Assembly: GCA_029907755.1 (NCBI GenBank)
Contig: JARYLH010000002.1
Coordinates: forward strand, 1-38,082
From: Candidatus Methanosuratincola sp.
Lineage (GTDB): Archaea > Thermoproteota > Methanomethylicia > Methanomethylicales > Methanomethylicaceae
Length of the DNA: 38,082 bases
Reading direction: 5' to 3'
Shown: positions 36,133 through 38,082 of the stretch, piece after piece
Position numbering within the stretch: the first letter of the stretch is position 1
Layout of the letters: the number at the start of each line of letters is the position of its first letter
Position numbers and translations under genes: made by a program
The notes under the pieces: generated by a model
Seen by the model: only the letters and a program-made list of their open reading frames with translations
Told to the model about the DNA's origin: nothing
Database searches by the model: none

Positions 36133-37284
36133 TTACTTTATCCTTATCTCCACTATGTCCCCGTCCGCAAGCTCATGGTCTGCCCCAACCTTCTCGGCAT
36201 CATACTTTGCCGAGGGTCCCCAGATCCTCGCTATCTTGAAGTTCTTGTAGAGGTGCGAGTGGACCACCTTCGCCACATCGATGACCTTCGAGCCCTGCCT
36301 CATCACTATTGGTTTCTTGGCGGGTTCTCCCCCGACCTCCTTGGTATAGACCCTGATTATCCCTAGCATCCTGAAGATCTCCCTGCCAAGGACATCAAGC
36401 CCCGCGCCTGTCCGCGCTGAGACCCCAAGCGCCTCCCTCCCAGTCAGCCTTTTGAACTCCTGCAGCGCCCTTGGGTACATGTCAACTTTGTTTATAAGGA
36501 TCAGCGATGGCTTGTAGGTCTTTGTCTGCTCCAGTGCCCCCAGGATGTCCTCCTTCCCCGCGTCCCCCCATATCCTGACGATCGCGTTCCTGACCCCTGC
36601 CTCCTTCAAGATCTTGTCGATCTCCTCCACTCTGCAGGAGATCCTGCCGGTGCATGCTATCTGGATCCCGCCGCCCGTGGTCCTCTCGATCTCGATCCTC
36701 CTCGCAGCCCTGTCGGTCGTTATACCCGCCATTCCAAGCTCTTTAGTCACCATGCCGTACTGGCCAACCGGATCGGATCCGTCCAGCACGATAGCCAGCC
36801 CGTCCGCATTCCTTATAACGCTCATTAGCTGCGATCCCCAAGAGAGCCCATAGCTTGCCCCTTCAAAAATCGCCGGGGTGTCCACCAGCTGGAACTGCAG
36901 GTCTTCGAAGTCAAGCATCCCTGGTACTGGCTCTTTGGTGGTGAACTGGTAGTCGTCAACCTCAACCTTCGCATTAGTCGTGGATGAGAGTATGCTGCTC
37001 TTGCCGGAGCCGGTAGCCCCGACCAGCACAACCTGGGCGGCCCCTTCCTTCTTGACCGAGAAACCGCCGCCCCCGCTGCCTGATTTCCTCTTCTTCTGCT
37101 CCTCGAGCTCCTCCTTAAGTTCAGCAAGGCGCCTCCTCAGGTACCTCCTCATCTTTTCATTGCCTTTGTGTTCTGGGATCGATGAGATGAATTCTTGGAG
37201 GTATCTTATCTTCTCGGGCAGCGTCTTGGCCTCGATGTATCTCCTCTCTGCGGCCCTTGCCTGGGGAGGTAGGTTTGCGGGCAA
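36133..37284 (-). CDS. OBG/DRG-family GTP-binding protein with C-terminal TGS domain
   Basis: G1 GATGSGKSS, G3 VDTPAI, G4 NKVD, and a C-terminal TGS-like beta-grasp ending in GDIVEIRIK. TTG start (MPANLPPQ). Confidence 0.75.
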   Translation of the reverse strand: MPANLPPQARAAERRYIEAKTLPEKIRYLQEFISSIPEHKGNEKMRRYLRRRLAELKEELEEQKKRKSGSGGGGFSVKKEGAAQVVLVGATGSGKSSILSSTTNAKVEVDDYQFTTKEPVPGMLDFEDLQFQLVDTPAIFEGASYGLSWGSQLMSVIRNADGLAIVLDGSDPVGQYGMVTKELGMAGITTDRAARRIEIERTTGGGIQIACTGRISCRVEEIDKILKEAGVRNAIVRIWGDAGKEDILGALEQTKTYKPSLILINKVDMYPRALQEFKRLTGREALGVSARTGAGLDVLGREIFRMLGIIRVYTKEVGGEPAKKPIVMRQGSKVIDVAKVVHSHLYKNFKIARIWGPSAKYDAEKVGADHELADGDIVEIRIK

Positions 37285-37343
37285 GTACTACACCGTTTCC
37301 CAAGACTCTTCCTTTCCCTCTCGGGATATAATAAATGTATACC

Positions 37344-38069
37344 TCACTTATGCGCCTTCCTAGCGGATACCATTCTAGCTACCCTGACGATCCTGTCCGC
37401 CAGCCTGAGCGCGTTTTTCTCGAAGAAATAGGCATTTGGCTCTATCCCGACCCCGCCCGTATCGATAATCACGTCGACCCAGCCCCTGTTTTCCTTGAAT
37501 GCACCTTCTGCGAATTCGAAAAGCTCCTCCTCGCCCTTCTGCACCGGCGTCCGATCGAATACAGCACAGTTGAACCCCATCTTGTTTATAACCTCTGCAA
37601 CGTCCTCGTTGTAAGCAGTGTTCATAACCGACCTCACCTCGGGTTTCACGCTCATCACTCTCAAGAGTAGATTCGCCAAGTGGCTCGAGACGCCGAACTC
37701 CGGGTCCATCAGGGACATCACCTTGCCCCTTATTTTGACCAGCCTTCCTGGGATCCCCGCCACATCGGCGACACCCTTCGCATTCTTCAGCGCCATGACC
37801 ATGTTGGACAGCACCTGCGGCTCCAATTCAACGAACTCAGGGGTGTTCTCGATCATCGAGACTGCAACAGTCAGGTCGCTAAGGGTCGCCCTCCTCATGT
37901 CTGAGAGGTCTGTAAGGCTCATATGTAGCTGCATGCATATGCTGCACTTCTCGTCCTCAAGCTCTTGGATCCTCCTCTTATGGGCATGGCATATCGAACC
38001 TCCACGCCTCAGGTTGAGGCAGATCTCGCAGATGTTATTGATCATGTCCGCGTTCGAGAACCGCTTCAT
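37344..38069 (-). CDS. ThiN-type thiamine-phosphate synthase domain protein with N-terminal Cys/His-rich module
   Basis: C-terminal 180 aa: VAGIPGRLVKIRGKV...PEFGVSSHLANLLL...VRSVMNTAYNEDV...CAVFDRTP...VDVIIDTGGVGIEP matches my memory of the ThiN (COG1992) pattern. The N-terminus carries CEIC...CHAH...CSIC. Confidence 0.55.
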   Translation of the reverse strand: MKRFSNADMINNICEICLNLRRGGSICHAHKRRIQELEDEKCSICMQLHMSLTDLSDMRRATLSDLTVAVSMIENTPEFVELEPQVLSNMVMALKNAKGVADVAGIPGRLVKIRGKVMSLMDPEFGVSSHLANLLLRVMSVKPEVRSVMNTAYNEDVAEVINKMGFNCAVFDRTPVQKGEEELFEFAEGAFKENRGWVDVIIDTGGVGIEPNAYFFEKNALRLADRIVRVARMVSARKAHK

Positions 38070-38082
38070 TGTGATCTCGGAT

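Noticed and set aside
1-38082. Search for CRISPR arrays, IS elements, integrases, toxin-antitoxin or other defence-type modules
   Set aside because: I saw no tandem spaced repeats, no terminal inverted repeats flanking ORFs, and no transposase-, integrase- or nuclease-like ORFs. The window looks like core chromosome rather than an accessory island.

Overview
This is a densely coding archaeal chromosomal window with about 38 genes. GC looks mid-50s % by eye. AGG/AGA Arg and ATA Ile codons are frequent, and there are many GTG/TTG starts and 1-4 nt gene overlaps. I found no rRNA, tRNA, CRISPR array, transposase or integrase.

Positions 1-24.5 kb are mostly housekeeping genes:
- iorAB
- a 991-aa papain-like/PKD surface protein
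- gatC-gatA-gatB
- a divergent hsp20/cdc48 pair
- a LeuA/CimA-type synthase
- an AhpD-like protein
- TBP
- a signal peptidase
- porGDAB
- a gamma-carbonic-anhydrase-like protein
- a NitT/TauT-type ABC importer flanked by two HTH proteins

Positions 24.6-36 kb are the notable part. They hold a compact mcrB-mcrG-mcrA operon for methyl-coenzyme M reductase, with no room for mcrD or mcrC. The McrA is collinear with canonical methane-type enzymes and keeps all classical modification sites.

Directly downstream of mcrA lie three uncharacterised genes:
- a GYPECC/CSIFC Cys-motif protein
- a small SH3-like protein
- a soluble P-type-ATPase-like HAD protein

They are followed by an atypically composed MCR maturation/activation cluster: a PurM-like methanogenesis marker 2, the A2 ABC-ATPase (atwA), and a tight mmp15-ycaO-tfuA operon. 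The other usual partners (mcrC and markers 3, 5, 6, 7, 17) are absent from the window.

All calls rest on motifs read from the translated ORFs and on remembered family features. No database search was possible, so family names for the less conserved ORFs are provisional.
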